Assembly (NCBI GenBank): GCA_030627725.1
Contig: DAOVSZ010000002.1
Coordinates: forward strand, 1-32,066
Reading direction: 5' to 3'
Source of the DNA: Desulfobulbaceae bacterium
GTDB lineage: Bacteria > Desulfobacterota > Desulfobulbia > Desulfobulbales > DAOVSZ01
Length of the DNA stretch: 32,066 nucleotides
Shown: piece after piece, positions 9,281-17,803 of the stretch
Layout: each line of letters begins with the position of its first letter
Position numbering within the stretch: position 1 is the first letter of the stretch
Notes under the pieces: model-generated
The model's database searches: none
Seen by the model: the letters and a program-made list of their open reading frames with translations, nothing else
Told to the model about the DNA's origin: nothing
Made by a program: the position numbers and the translations under genes

Positions 9281-10775
9281 CACGTTTCCCATTTTTTATC
9301 TGCTGCCAGCGAAAGACCGGCTTGCGGGCCATGGCCCAGAACCCGGGGGTCAATAATACCGCCACGGTGTAAAGCTCCAGTCTCCCGGCCAGCATGCAGA
9401 AAATCAATACGCATTTTGCCAGGACAGGAAGATGACCGAAATTCTGGGCCGGCCCGACCAGATGCAGACCAGGACCGATATTATTGAGTGTAGCAATAAC
9501 AGCCGTAATTCCGGTTACAATATCAACTCCTGTTGCCGTCACAAGCAGGCTCGCAAATATAAAAAAGGCGCTATACAACGAAAAAAAACCAAGAATGGCG
9601 ACTTTTACCTCCCGGGGGACCCTCACTCTCCCCATCTTGATCGTACCGACCGCCTTTGGATGCACAAGAGTATGCAGCTGCAAACGGGCATATTTGAAAA
9701 AAAGAAGAAAGCGGAACACCTTGATCCCGCCGCCGGTTGACCCGCCACAACCGCCGACAAACATGAGCGAGACGAGCAGGACCTTACACACCGGGGGCCA
9801 ATGGTCAAAATCAGCCGTGCCGAAACCGGTCGTCGTGAGGATTGAGACGACCTGAAAAGAGACCGCCCTGGCATTATCCTGAATATGCTCATAGATCCCG
9901 CCAAAGGCATTGGCGACCATGATTATCACGACGGCAACAACGATCAGACTTACGTACAGCTTAAATTCTTCGCTTTTCCAATAGGAGGACACCCGGCCCC
10001 TGATGAGGCCCTGATAGTGGAGTGAAAAATTGACCCCGGCCAGAAACATGAAAATGATAATGACTGTTTCTATATACACGGACTGAAAATGCCCGACACT
10101 CTCGGTATGGGTCGAAAAGCCTCCTGTTGCCAGGGTGGCGAATGAATGACAGAGAGCATCATAAAACGTCAGCCCGCCAAGCATGAGAAGGAGAATCTCG
10201 ACAAGCGTGAACAGAACATAAACGGTCCACAAAATTCTGGCGGTATCCTGAATCCGCGGCGCCAGCCGGTCTTTGGTCGGACCCGGCATTTCCGCCTGAA
10301 ACAACTGCATCCCGCCGGCGCCCAAGAGCGGCAGGATAGCAAGCGAGAGAACGATAATACCCATGCCGCCAAGCCAGTGGGTTGTGGCGCGCCAGAGCAG
10401 GACGCTCTCCGGCAACACCTCGATCTTCTCCAGGATTGTTGAACCGGTAGTGGTAAAACCTGACATCGATTCAAAAAAACAATCCACAAACGAAGGAACC
10501 TGACCGGAAAAATAAAAAGGGAGGGCGCCCAGAAAGGCAAGTCCAACCCAGCTTAAGACAACAACCGCAAAACCATCCCGGAACCCCAGGTCCTCGTCAG
10601 CGACAAAGAGAGCGACAAGTATTCCGCCAAGCAAGGCGCCCAAGGCAGAACTGAGCAAAAAGGCCTTCACCATGCCGTCGCTGTAATAGATACTGAAGGG
10701 GATGGGAATAAGCAGAAAAAAAGAAAGCAGGATCAGGAGCTTGCCAATTACGTTTAAGACTCCGCCGGTTCGCAT
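9267..10775 (-). CDS. trkH: Trk-type K+ uptake membrane subunit TrkH
   Basis: 502-aa polytopic protein with the TrkH/KtrB-type repeated pore-loop motifs TTTGST, ATGGFST, TTTGFGT and [10 protein letters not shown]. It sits directly downstream of trkA. Confidence 0.9.
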   Translation of the reverse strand: MRTGGVLNVIGKLLILLSFFLLIPIPFSIYYSDGMVKAFLLSSALGALLGGILVALFVADEDLGFRDGFAVVVLSWVGLAFLGALPFYFSGQVPSFVDCFFESMSGFTTTGSTILEKIEVLPESVLLWRATTHWLGGMGIIVLSLAILPLLGAGGMQLFQAEMPGPTKDRLAPRIQDTARILWTVYVLFTLVEILLLMLGGLTFYDALCHSFATLATGGFSTHTESVGHFQSVYIETVIIIFMFLAGVNFSLHYQGLIRGRVSSYWKSEEFKLYVSLIVVAVVIIMVANAFGGIYEHIQDNARAVSFQVVSILTTTGFGTADFDHWPPVCKVLLVSLMFVGGCGGSTGGGIKVFRFLLFFKYARLQLHTLVHPKAVGTIKMGRVRVPREVKVAILGFFSLYSAFFIFASLLVTATGVDIVTGITAVIATLNNIGPGLHLVGPAQNFGHLPVLAKCVLIFCMLAGRLELYTVAVLLTPGFWAMARKPVFRWQQIKNGKRDGVS

Positions 10776-10780
10776 ATTTT

Positions 10781-12130
10781 TTACTCCGCGGCAAAATACT
10801 CTTCAACGGCATGGAGGGCGTCTTTCGTGAAAAAGATAACCAGATTGTCATCAGGCTGCAGCCTGGTGTCTCCCGAAGGGATAAGCACCTGCCGGTCACC
10901 GCCGTTTCTGACAATCGCCCCGACAATGGCGCCTCTCGGGAAAGAAAGGGATTTGATGGGAACATCCCGGAAGAGGTCCCGGTCCGGCACCTTGATTTCA
11001 ATGACCTCGGCATCACTTCCAAGGAGCGTTGCCACGGAAACGATCGTTCCCCCGCCGCGGACAAAACGTAAGATCATATTAGCAGCCACCTGCCGGGGGC
11101 TCAAGGCGACATCAATGCCGAGCTTACCGAGAAGCGGCACAAAATCAGGCCGGCTGATATGAGTAATGCATTTCGTGGCGCCGTGATGTTTGCCGAGCAG
11201 ACTGGAAAGAATATTTGTCGTATCGCTATCGGTCACGGATATAACAAGATCAGCGCGATCAATCCCTTCCTCGAGCAGATCATGCGCTTCAAGCCCGTTA
11301 CAGTTCAGCACCACCGTTTTTTCCAGCTTTTCGCTTAAGTACTCGCAATGCACGGCATCCTTCTCAACCAGGGTCACGCTGATATTTTTCTGTTCCATCC
11401 GGCGGGCAACCAGATAGCCGATGGAGCCTCCGCCAATGACAAAAACCTTGTCAGGAGAACGGCTTTCAAAATGAAAAAAATCTTCGACAGCAGAGATATC
11501 TTTTTCCCTCGTCACAAGATAAATCTTGTCGCCCGCTTCTATCTTGTCGTCACCTCGGGGAATAATGGTCTCCTCTTCCCTCGTGATTGCGACAACAACC
11601 CCCTTGAGCTCTCCGAGCATGGAAAGAGACCTGCCGACGCGGGGATTTCCCTTGAACAGTTCATAGCCGAGAAGAACGACCTGCCCGTCGGCAAATTCGG
11701 CAATTTCAAAGGCATCCGACCTGGTGGAGAGCTTGATGATCTCATCGGTCATAGCCAGATCAGGACTGATCAAGAGATCAATTCCAAGCGCTTTTTCGCT
11801 TAACGGCACACCCTGAGAATAAAAGTCCTCATTCCGGACACGCGCGATCCTGGTCTTGACGTTGTATTGATTCGACATGATGCAGGCAACCAGGTTGACC
11901 TCATCGCTGTCGGTAACAGCGATAAAAAGATCGGTCTGATGTATCCCCGCCTCTTCAAGGACCTTAGCTGACGCGCCACTGCCGTGGATCGTCAGGATGT
12001 TCAGGTCTTTTTCAATTCGGCGCAACTTTCCCTTGTCGTTATCAACCAGCACCACTGCCTGGCCTTCGCCTGAAAGCTTTTCACTTAAGTGATAACCGAC
12101 CATGCCGGCGCCAACAATCATGATACGCAA
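10781..12130 (-). CDS. trkA: Trk system NAD-binding subunit TrkA (tandem RCK modules)
   Basis: 449 aa with two Rossmann GxGxxG sites (IVGAGMVGY and IGGGSIGY), each followed by an RCK_C-like segment. The start is a TTG at 12130, with GGGAGG 5-6 nt upstream. An in-frame ATG lies at 12121. Confidence 0.9.
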   Translation of the reverse strand: MRIMIVGAGMVGYHLSEKLSGEGQAVVLVDNDKGKLRRIEKDLNILTIHGSGASAKVLEEAGIHQTDLFIAVTDSDEVNLVACIMSNQYNVKTRIARVRNEDFYSQGVPLSEKALGIDLLISPDLAMTDEIIKLSTRSDAFEIAEFADGQVVLLGYELFKGNPRVGRSLSMLGELKGVVVAITREEETIIPRGDDKIEAGDKIYLVTREKDISAVEDFFHFESRSPDKVFVIGGGSIGYLVARRMEQKNISVTLVEKDAVHCEYLSEKLEKTVVLNCNGLEAHDLLEEGIDRADLVISVTDSDTTNILSSLLGKHHGATKCITHISRPDFVPLLGKLGIDVALSPRQVAANMILRFVRGGGTIVSVATLLGSDAEVIEIKVPDRDLFRDVPIKSLSFPRGAIVGAIVRNGGDRQVLIPSGDTRLQPDDNLVIFFTKDALHAVEEYFAAE

Positions 12131-12157
12131 TAGGAACCTCCCGGAAAAAAAGGGGCT

Positions 12158-12186
12158 ATTATAAATGGCCGATGGATTTTTTGCAA
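12158..12186 (-). promoter_or_regulatory. Sigma-70-type promoter candidate for trkA-trkH-mnmG
   Basis: On the minus strand, TTGCAA (12186-12181), a 17-nt spacer, then a perfect TATAAT (12163-12158). It lies ~25 nt upstream of the trkA SD. Confidence 0.5.
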
Positions 12187-12261
12187 ATTAAAGCTGAAAA
12201 GAGAGATTGCGATACAGGAAATCAAAAGGATTTTTTTTTAATAAACAGAAAAATCATCGAC

Positions 12262-12411
12262 TTTAAACGAATACAGGTGACGAAGATGGTCACAGATAAG
12301 CGCAGACTTCGAGCAGGGTGGATGACTATAGTAGACTATGTCGGAGTCTCGCAAGCTCGCTTACCTGGACGCACTGATCGTGGCCAGATTCGGTGCCTGT
12401 ATTCGTTTAAA
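12262..12411. repeat. Long imperfect palindrome 'element B' (150 nt), related to element A
   Basis: A perfect 16-bp terminal inverted repeat, TTTAAACGAATACAGG (12262-12277) / CCTGTATTCGTTTAAA (12396-12411). It contains TCGGAGTCTC (12341-12350) and TCGCTTACCTG (12357-12367), identical to blocks in element A. Internally, AGACTTCGA (12304-12312) can pair with TCGGAGTCT. The element ends 1 nt from the stop codon of the FmdB-like gene. Confidence 0.6.
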
Positions 12412-12412
12412 A

Positions 12413-12727
12413 TTAGTCGCTGATCTTTTTATGCAGATGCGGCATCGTCTCGGGTTTGGATGCGTCCCAGATCTTGCTTTCATTGCCGGTTGCGGTCACG
12501 TTCTCATACACGCCATTATCTCGCTTGACAAGCTTGGTGAAGCCTGCGCTCTTCAGGTCGCTGTTGGTTTTGGGTGTATTAACAGCGACAAGGGAGATAA
12601 GCCGTTTTACTTCCTGGCCGCACTCAGGACACTTTACAAGCTTTTCACAGGTGATCGACTGGGTGAGTTCAAAGACCTTGCCCCGACTGCACCCATTGTT
12701 GCAATGTTCATATTCGTAAACAGGCAT
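12413..12727 (-). CDS. FmdB-family putative regulatory zinc-ribbon protein
   Basis: 104 aa. The MPVYEYEHC..C.. start and the second knuckle CPECG..VKRLIS match the FmdB/CxxC_CxxC_SSSS pattern. The first knuckle is the atypical CNNGC. Confidence 0.65.
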   Translation of the reverse strand: MPVYEYEHCNNGCSRGKVFELTQSITCEKLVKCPECGQEVKRLISLVAVNTPKTNSDLKSAGFTKLVKRDNGVYENVTATGNESKIWDASKPETMPHLHKKISD

Positions 12728-12787
12728 GGCAGCGTTCTCATGTAACAGTACATTTACGTTTTAGCAATCAGCCGTATATCAGCATCT

Positions 12788-13597
12788 TTATTGGACGAGA
12801 AGAACCAAAAAAACTATTCCGGCGACGAGAAATCGATAGTAGGCAAAGACTTCAAAGGAGCGTGTTCTGATATATTTGAGAAGAAAGGCGATAAAAAGAT
12901 AGCCTGAAAGGGCCGCTGTCACGATGCCTGAAAGAAAAAACAAAAGCTGTCCATCAGATATCCCATGTTGAAGTATCTCCGGGACATGGTATATCCCGGC
13001 GCCAAAAATTATCGGTGCGGAGAGAAGAAAGGAGAACCTGGCAACCGCCTGTCTGTCAAGGCCGAGGAAAAGCCCCGCTGTCATGGTAATGCCACTTCGC
13101 GACACACCGGGAACAAGCGCAAAGGCCTGGGAGAATCCGATAAAAAGCACATCCACAAAAGTGATTGAACCGAGGTCCCGATTATGCCTGCCGACCTTTT
13201 CCGACCAGAGGAGAAGCGCCCCTCCTCCTGCCAGAGCGCAGGCGACAATTGCCGGCTGACGCAAAAACGTTTTTGCAGCCCCTCCCCATACCAGTCCGGC
13301 AATAACTGCCGGCACTGTAGCCACACAGATAAACAGAGCCAGTTTCCGCATCTGTTTTTCATTATCCCCCTGAGCCGTGAAATAAAACACAGCCCTTGCC
13401 ATTGCAACAAAATCATGACGGAAATAGACAAGAATCGCCATGACGGTCCCAAGATGCAGGGCAACATCAAAGACCAGTCCCGCCTGTTCAACCTCCAAAA
13501 AAGCCTCCATCAACACAAGATGCCCGGAACTGGAAATCGGCAGAAACTCGGTTGCTCCTTGGAGGAGACCTAAAAAGACAGCATAGAAATAATCCAT
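12788..13597 (-). CDS. uppP: Undecaprenyl-diphosphate phosphatase
   Basis: 269-aa polytopic protein with the typical UppP/BacA motifs LPISSSGHL near the N-terminus and PGVSRSGITM. Confidence 0.9.
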   Translation of the reverse strand: MDYFYAVFLGLLQGATEFLPISSSGHLVLMEAFLEVEQAGLVFDVALHLGTVMAILVYFRHDFVAMARAVFYFTAQGDNEKQMRKLALFICVATVPAVIAGLVWGGAAKTFLRQPAIVACALAGGGALLLWSEKVGRHNRDLGSITFVDVLFIGFSQAFALVPGVSRSGITMTAGLFLGLDRQAVARFSFLLSAPIIFGAGIYHVPEILQHGISDGQLLFFLSGIVTAALSGYLFIAFLLKYIRTRSFEVFAYYRFLVAGIVFLVLLVQ

Positions 13598-13685
13598 GGG
13601 CTGAAACTGTTGGGGGAAAAATTTTATGCGTCAACTATGCGCGATATCAAAAAACGCATCAACAAGCATTTTCAAGGACTGGTAC

Positions 13686-13722
13686 AAAAAAAAAGTCGCC
13701 CGGCCATCCATGCCCGGCGACT
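13686..13722 (-). terminator. Intrinsic terminator after the small secreted-protein gene
   Basis: AGTCGCCCGGC (13694-13704) pairs with GCCCGGCGACT (13712-13722), giving 10 bp with one C:C mismatch and a 7-nt loop. On the minus strand it is followed by a U-tract of up to 9 (complement of the A-run at 13686-13694, whose last A can also extend the stem). Confidence 0.65.
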
Positions 13723-13757
13723 TTTCTACAGAAAGTGCTTTTTTCAAACTATTGGAA

Positions 13758-13970
13758 TTAGCAGCCTTCCATTTGTTTCTTTTTCTTCTTGGTGATGCTG
13801 ACCTTATCTCCGACCTTCAGTTTGCCGGCTTTTTTCTCGTTGCAGTCTTTCAGGACAAGATTGCCACCATCAATAGATTCTACGGTGCATTTGAACTTTG
13901 CATAGCTGATGCCCACAGATGTCAACGTAAAACCAATAACCAAAGCCAGCGTAAGTAATTTCTTGCTCAT
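13758..13970 (-). CDS. Small secreted Lys-rich protein with 3 Cys (hypothetical)
   Basis: 70 aa. The signal peptide MSKKLLTLALVIGFTLTSVGISYA is followed by a 46-aa mature part, KFKCTVES..KDC..KKKKKQMEGC, that ends in Cys. AAGGAGA lies 8 nt upstream of the ATG, and the gene has its own terminator. Confidence 0.6.
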   Translation of the reverse strand: MSKKLLTLALVIGFTLTSVGISYAKFKCTVESIDGGNLVLKDCNEKKAGKLKVGDKVSITKKKKKQMEGC

Positions 13971-14067
13971 TCTTTCCGTCTCCTTGTTTTGATTAGTAAA
14001 ATTGCAACTGTTTAAAAAATATAAGTTCTATACAATCGTCAAAATGTCAATAAAGAAAAGCTTTGTT

Positions 14068-14580
14068 TCAATGCATCAACGCATTAATATCTCGTTCAAA
14101 GACCTTATGGTCGACAAGTCCGGGATAGCTCTGGATAAGATTGCCTGCCCGATCAAACAGAAATGAGACCGGTACGCCGAAGATGCCGCCAAAGTCCTTG
14201 GCGACCTTAGAGTCCCCCATGACAACCGGATAGTTGATCTGTTTTCTTTCAACAAAATTCGAGACTCTCGACATGCTGCGGTCCATTGAGATGCCGATCA
14301 CGGAAAAACCCTGCGGCCCGAACTGTTCCTGCAGACGCATAAGGGCCGGGATCTCCAACCGGCATGGTCTGCAGCTGGTCGCCCAGAAATTCACCAGAAC
14401 GATCTTTCCCCTGTAATCACGAGCATCAACAATAGACGTATCTGTTACCGACGGAAGGAGAAATCCCGGCGCATTGGCGGCGCTACAGAGAGTGGCATCT
14501 CCTAAAAGGGAAAAAACCAGCATAACAAAACAGAGCGCGATATTTTTAAAGTTATACATATGATAAAAAGCCGAGAACAT
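14068..14580 (-). CDS. TlpA/ResA-like periplasmic thiol:disulfide oxidoreductase (redoxin)
   Basis: Thioredoxin-fold motif VNFWATSCRPC (CxxC) with an N-terminal hydrophobic anchor. The ORF opens at 14643. I prefer the ATG at 14580 (MFSAFYH..), which has GGAAGG ~8 nt upstream. The ATG at 14559 is also possible. Confidence 0.8.
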   Translation of the reverse strand: MFSAFYHMYNFKNIALCFVMLVFSLLGDATLCSAANAPGFLLPSVTDTSIVDARDYRGKIVLVNFWATSCRPCRLEIPALMRLQEQFGPQGFSVIGISMDRSMSRVSNFVERKQINYPVVMGDSKVAKDFGGIFGVPVSFLFDRAGNLIQSYPGLVDHKVFERDINALMH

Positions 14581-14670
14581 TACTTTTGCCTTCCATGTCA
14601 GGGTCTGCTCAAAAGAGTGACTATCTCCACAAAATGTGGTCAATATTAATCGAGATCATCTCTTCATGCA

Positions 14671-14700
14671 AGGATTTGGAGGAATTTGGAGGAATTTAAC
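14671..14700. repeat. Short tandem repeat, about 2.7 copies of a 10-bp unit GGAATTTGGA
   Basis: aGGATTTGGA GGAATTTGGA GGAATTTaac lies in the divergent TlpA/MFS intergenic region. TGGAGGA can pair with TCCTCCA at 14722-14728. Confidence 0.7.
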
Positions 14701-14905
14701 CAATTCTTAAAATTTTCGGAATCCTCCAGCGAAATAATTTATGGCACTTTGAAAAGTTGATATGTATCGTGAAAACCAGTTAATTATGAACATTTCTTGA
14801 TTCCTTCTATTATACTATAGACAGAAGGTTCTTTACTACTTTATAGATGAATAATTTGCGGATCCGTCAAAATCCGACATCCCTCTCTCTCACCGAGGAG
14901 TAGTT

Positions 14906-16339
14906 TTGCTCCAACCTGAAAAGAATAAGTGGCCGATATTCCTGACTGTTGCTGTCGGCGTCTTCATGTCCACCCTGGACAGCAGCATGGTCAATATTGC
15001 CCTTCCGTCCATTATGGATGAGTTTGCGAGCCCGCTGCAGACGACCGAATGGGTCGTCATGATCTATCTCTTGACCATTACATCAAGTTTGCTTGTATGG
15101 GGAAACCTGTCCGACCGAATTGGCCGCGGAAAAGTTTATTCTTCCGGCATGTTCATCTTTGCCGTCGGCTCGCTTGCCTGCGCTTACTCTCCCTCACTTT
15201 CATGGCTGATTGCCTCCCGTTTTCTCCAGGCACTCGGGGCCGCAATGATGATGTCAACAGGGCCGGCCATTATCAAGGAGACCTTCCCCCCTGAACAGCT
15301 TGGACGCAGTCTCGGGCTGATCGGAATTTCCGTTTCGCTCGGCTTGATGACCGGCCCCTCGCTGGGTGGTTTTCTGATCGAGTATTTCTCATGGCGGTCC
15401 ATCTTCTTTCTTACTGTTCCGATCGGTTTTCTTTTTTCCTATCTTGCCCGCGCTGTTATCCCGATGCACAAAAAATTAAAAATCACCAAACGGTTTGACT
15501 GGCTTGGCGGGGTCGCCTGGGCCATTACACTTCTCTTCGCTTCATTTGCCTTCAGCCATGCAACCTCTCCTGACTGGTCGTATCAGGCCTTAGTCCTTTT
15601 TCTCCTTGCCGCCGGGGTCAGTTTTTTTGTTTTTTATCGCCTGGAAACAATCACCCCTCATCCCTTGCTGCCCCTTCATCTCTTTCATCAAAAATTCTTC
15701 AGCGCAGCTATTTTCAGCGCTATCCTCTCTTTCACCGTCCTTTTTTCCGTCATTATGCTGACGCCTTTTTATCTCGATCGCGTGATCGGACTCTCAAGTT
15801 CACGCATCGGCCTGATCATGATGGCAATACCCATGACGGTTATGGGGGTGGCGCCGTTAGCAGGCTGGCTCTCAGACCATATCGGCGCGCGTTTTTTGTC
15901 AACCTTCGGCCTGCTCGTAAGTTCTGCCGGTCTTTTTTTGCTGGCCGGGCTGACGCCTGATTCTAGGCCGGTTGAAGTTGCGGCGCGGCTCGCCCTCTTA
16001 GGATGCGGGCAGGCCATGTTTCTCTCGCCAAACAGCGCATCCGTGCTGCGCCGGGTCAAAACAGAATTCACTGGCGCTTCTGCCGCCCTGCTCGCCACGG
16101 CAAGAAACCTTGGCATGCTCCTTGGAATCGCCCTGGCAGGGCTCGTCTTTACGGTCCTTTTCAGCCGCCTGACCGGTGGCCTGGACATGAAAGACTTCTC
16201 CACAGTCCATACAGACCATTTCATGTCGGCGCTGAAATATGCCTACCTGACAGCTGCCGCAACAGGCATTCTAGGTGCCCTGATCTCATGGATGCGTGGA
16301 AAGGGAAAAGCCAAAGCGATCGCCGGCCATAGGAAATGA
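14906..16339 (+). CDS. MFS transporter, DHA2 (EmrB/QacA-like, 14-TMS) family
   Basis: 477 aa with about 14 hydrophobic segments. It has the MFS motif-A-like LSDRIGRGKV and the typical DHA2 N-terminus (VFMSTLDSSMVNIALPSI). The start is a TTG at 14906, with GAGGAG 5 nt upstream. Confidence 0.85.
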   Translation: MLQPEKNKWPIFLTVAVGVFMSTLDSSMVNIALPSIMDEFASPLQTTEWVVMIYLLTITSSLLVWGNLSDRIGRGKVYSSGMFIFAVGSLACAYSPSLSWLIASRFLQALGAAMMMSTGPAIIKETFPPEQLGRSLGLIGISVSLGLMTGPSLGGFLIEYFSWRSIFFLTVPIGFLFSYLARAVIPMHKKLKITKRFDWLGGVAWAITLLFASFAFSHATSPDWSYQALVLFLLAAGVSFFVFYRLETITPHPLLPLHLFHQKFFSAAIFSAILSFTVLFSVIMLTPFYLDRVIGLSSSRIGLIMMAIPMTVMGVAPLAGWLSDHIGARFLSTFGLLVSSAGLFLLAGLTPDSRPVEVAARLALLGCGQAMFLSPNSASVLRRVKTEFTGASAALLATARNLGMLLGIALAGLVFTVLFSRLTGGLDMKDFSTVHTDHFMSALKYAYLTAAATGILGALISWMRGKGKAKAIAGHRK

Positions 16340-16341
16340 TT

Positions 16342-17460
16342 TCAAGCGGTTACATCAAGGATGGCAAAGGATTTAAGGCCTGCTTTTTCCTGCAGGGTTT
16401 TATGTAACTGCTGAAGAGTCCCGCTTCTGCTCACCGAGCAGGAAAAATTCACCGGCGAGTACCCGAGGTTCTCGACTTTTTCAGTCAGTTCCGGAAGAAA
16501 ACTTTCAAGGTGGGCCAGCGCCGGCTTGCTTGACAAAACAATCGAGCCGTTGAGCGCCGATTCTTTGATCTTCACATGCGCATGCACATCGCCAAGCCTG
16601 CTCATATTCAGAAAAAAATCAAGATGATACCCTGAGGATTCCTGATCTGCTTCCGGACCATCCCGGTCAAAGCTGAACATCCATTCCCCCCAGCCATTGG
16701 CGCCTGAAAAAAAACAGGGGAAAAGGAAAAACGGCACATCACTCTTTTCAACAGGGTACGTATTGACTGACCGCATCGCCTCAAGCATCTCAGCCATTTT
16801 TTTTAAGGAGGCAAGGCCTGCTTTCTCCTGAATTATCAGCCCCTCTCCCTGCTTCTCCATCAAGGACACGAGAGTGTTTAACTGCTTCATGAGACTTGCC
16901 GGGAATACTGATCTCTTTTCGCTCTGAACTCCGCCATGAAACCAGGAGATTATTTTAACGAGTTTTTCCAGGTCCGCCTCCCGACCAAGTGAATTCTCCG
17001 TAATTCCCTGAAAGATCCGGTTAAGAAGCGCCTGGGCCTCTGAAGAACCTTGGGCTGGTAGTTTTCCAGAACCACCTGCGAGCGCCTCAAGCGCCTTAGC
17101 CGGTTGAGGGCTGTCAAAGAGAAAGAACCGAAGCAATTCGGCAATCGCCCCTTTTCTCCCGGCCGTGGCAAGAAGAGGAACCTGGTCCGCCTTTTTGACC
17201 TCCAGCCAGAATTCGTCCCCGACTTTGAGAGGAGTAAGGCTTTTGGCCGTCATCTCCCGGCCTTCAAGGTCGAGCACAACACGGCCATCCGCCTCAATCA
17301 GGACCACCCGGGCCTTAAATAATTTCCCAAGCGCAAAATCAATCCCGCTCAAAGAAGGTGCAGTGACCTTCTGAGCGGGTCCGGTCATCTGCGGCTTGGC
17401 TGCGGGCTGGCCGCCTTTAGCCGCAGTCGTAATGTCTGCTATCTTTTTAGATTCTATCAT
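16342..17460 (-). CDS. Hypothetical protein with a FliK-C-terminal-like (hook-length-control-like) domain
   Basis: 372 aa. The C-terminal segment LGDVHAHVKIKESALNGSIVLSSKPALAHLESFLPELTEKVENLGY follows the Flg_hook pattern (LG.V.v.l....l...i......L...lp.L...L...G). There is no clear SD before the ATG at 17460, so the start is uncertain. Confidence 0.5.
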   Translation of the reverse strand: MIESKKIADITTAAKGGQPAAKPQMTGPAQKVTAPSLSGIDFALGKLFKARVVLIEADGRVVLDLEGREMTAKSLTPLKVGDEFWLEVKKADQVPLLATAGRKGAIAELLRFFLFDSPQPAKALEALAGGSGKLPAQGSSEAQALLNRIFQGITENSLGREADLEKLVKIISWFHGGVQSEKRSVFPASLMKQLNTLVSLMEKQGEGLIIQEKAGLASLKKMAEMLEAMRSVNTYPVEKSDVPFFLFPCFFSGANGWGEWMFSFDRDGPEADQESSGYHLDFFLNMSRLGDVHAHVKIKESALNGSIVLSSKPALAHLESFLPELTEKVENLGYSPVNFSCSVSRSGTLQQLHKTLQEKAGLKSFAILDVTA

Positions 17461-17603
17461 TGGAGGCAGGAGTGAAGATTCAAGAGCGTTTCATCCGCTC
17501 TTGGACACAATTCCCGGCAGGATTACAGACGATCGCACACGTCTGATGTCTTGGAGCCCGGCAGTTACTTCACGGATTTTTTCAAAACCACCACTTTGGG
17601 TAT

Positions 17604-17733
17604 CTTGAATAATTAGAATTTTTCGTTGAGAGCAAGGAGTGTCAAAATTAAAAAGCGCAGCATACATAAGGTATGTGAGCATTTTTAATTTTGACAACGA
17701 CGCAGCTATCGACGAAAAAGGCAATTATTCAAG
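17604..17733. repeat. Nested long palindrome 'element C' (130 nt)
   Basis: Outer arms are CTTGAATAATT (17604-17614) plus TTTTTCGT (17619-17626), pairing with ACGAAAAA (17712-17719) plus AATTATTCAAG (17723-17733). The inner perfect 14-bp arms are GTCAAAATTAAAAA (17641-17654) / TTTTTAATTTTGAC (17681-17694). The apical hairpin is CATAC-ataag-GTATG. Confidence 0.6.
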
Positions 17734-17803
17734 GCAGCCAATTGTCGGTTGCGCAACTAAGCGCGGAACGCTAGGATTGCCGGGATGCGGTGCTTCTGAA
17801 CGT

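Noticed and set aside
12338-12745. 135-aa plus-strand ORF starting inside element B and running antisense through the FmdB-like gene
   Set aside because: It is antisense to a gene with a recognisable zinc-ribbon signature. The conserved A/B core is in a different frame in element A, so it does not encode a conserved peptide.
14671-14700. Possible CRISPR or other arrayed repeat
   Set aside because: There are fewer than 3 copies of a 10-bp unit with no spacers. Nothing in the window has the repeat-spacer periodicity of a CRISPR array.
14746-14765. TGGCAC at 14747-14752, a possible sigma-54 -24 element upstream of the MFS gene
   Set aside because: The -12 position reads AAAG rather than TTGC after the 5-nt spacer, so there is no GC dinucleotide at the required distance.
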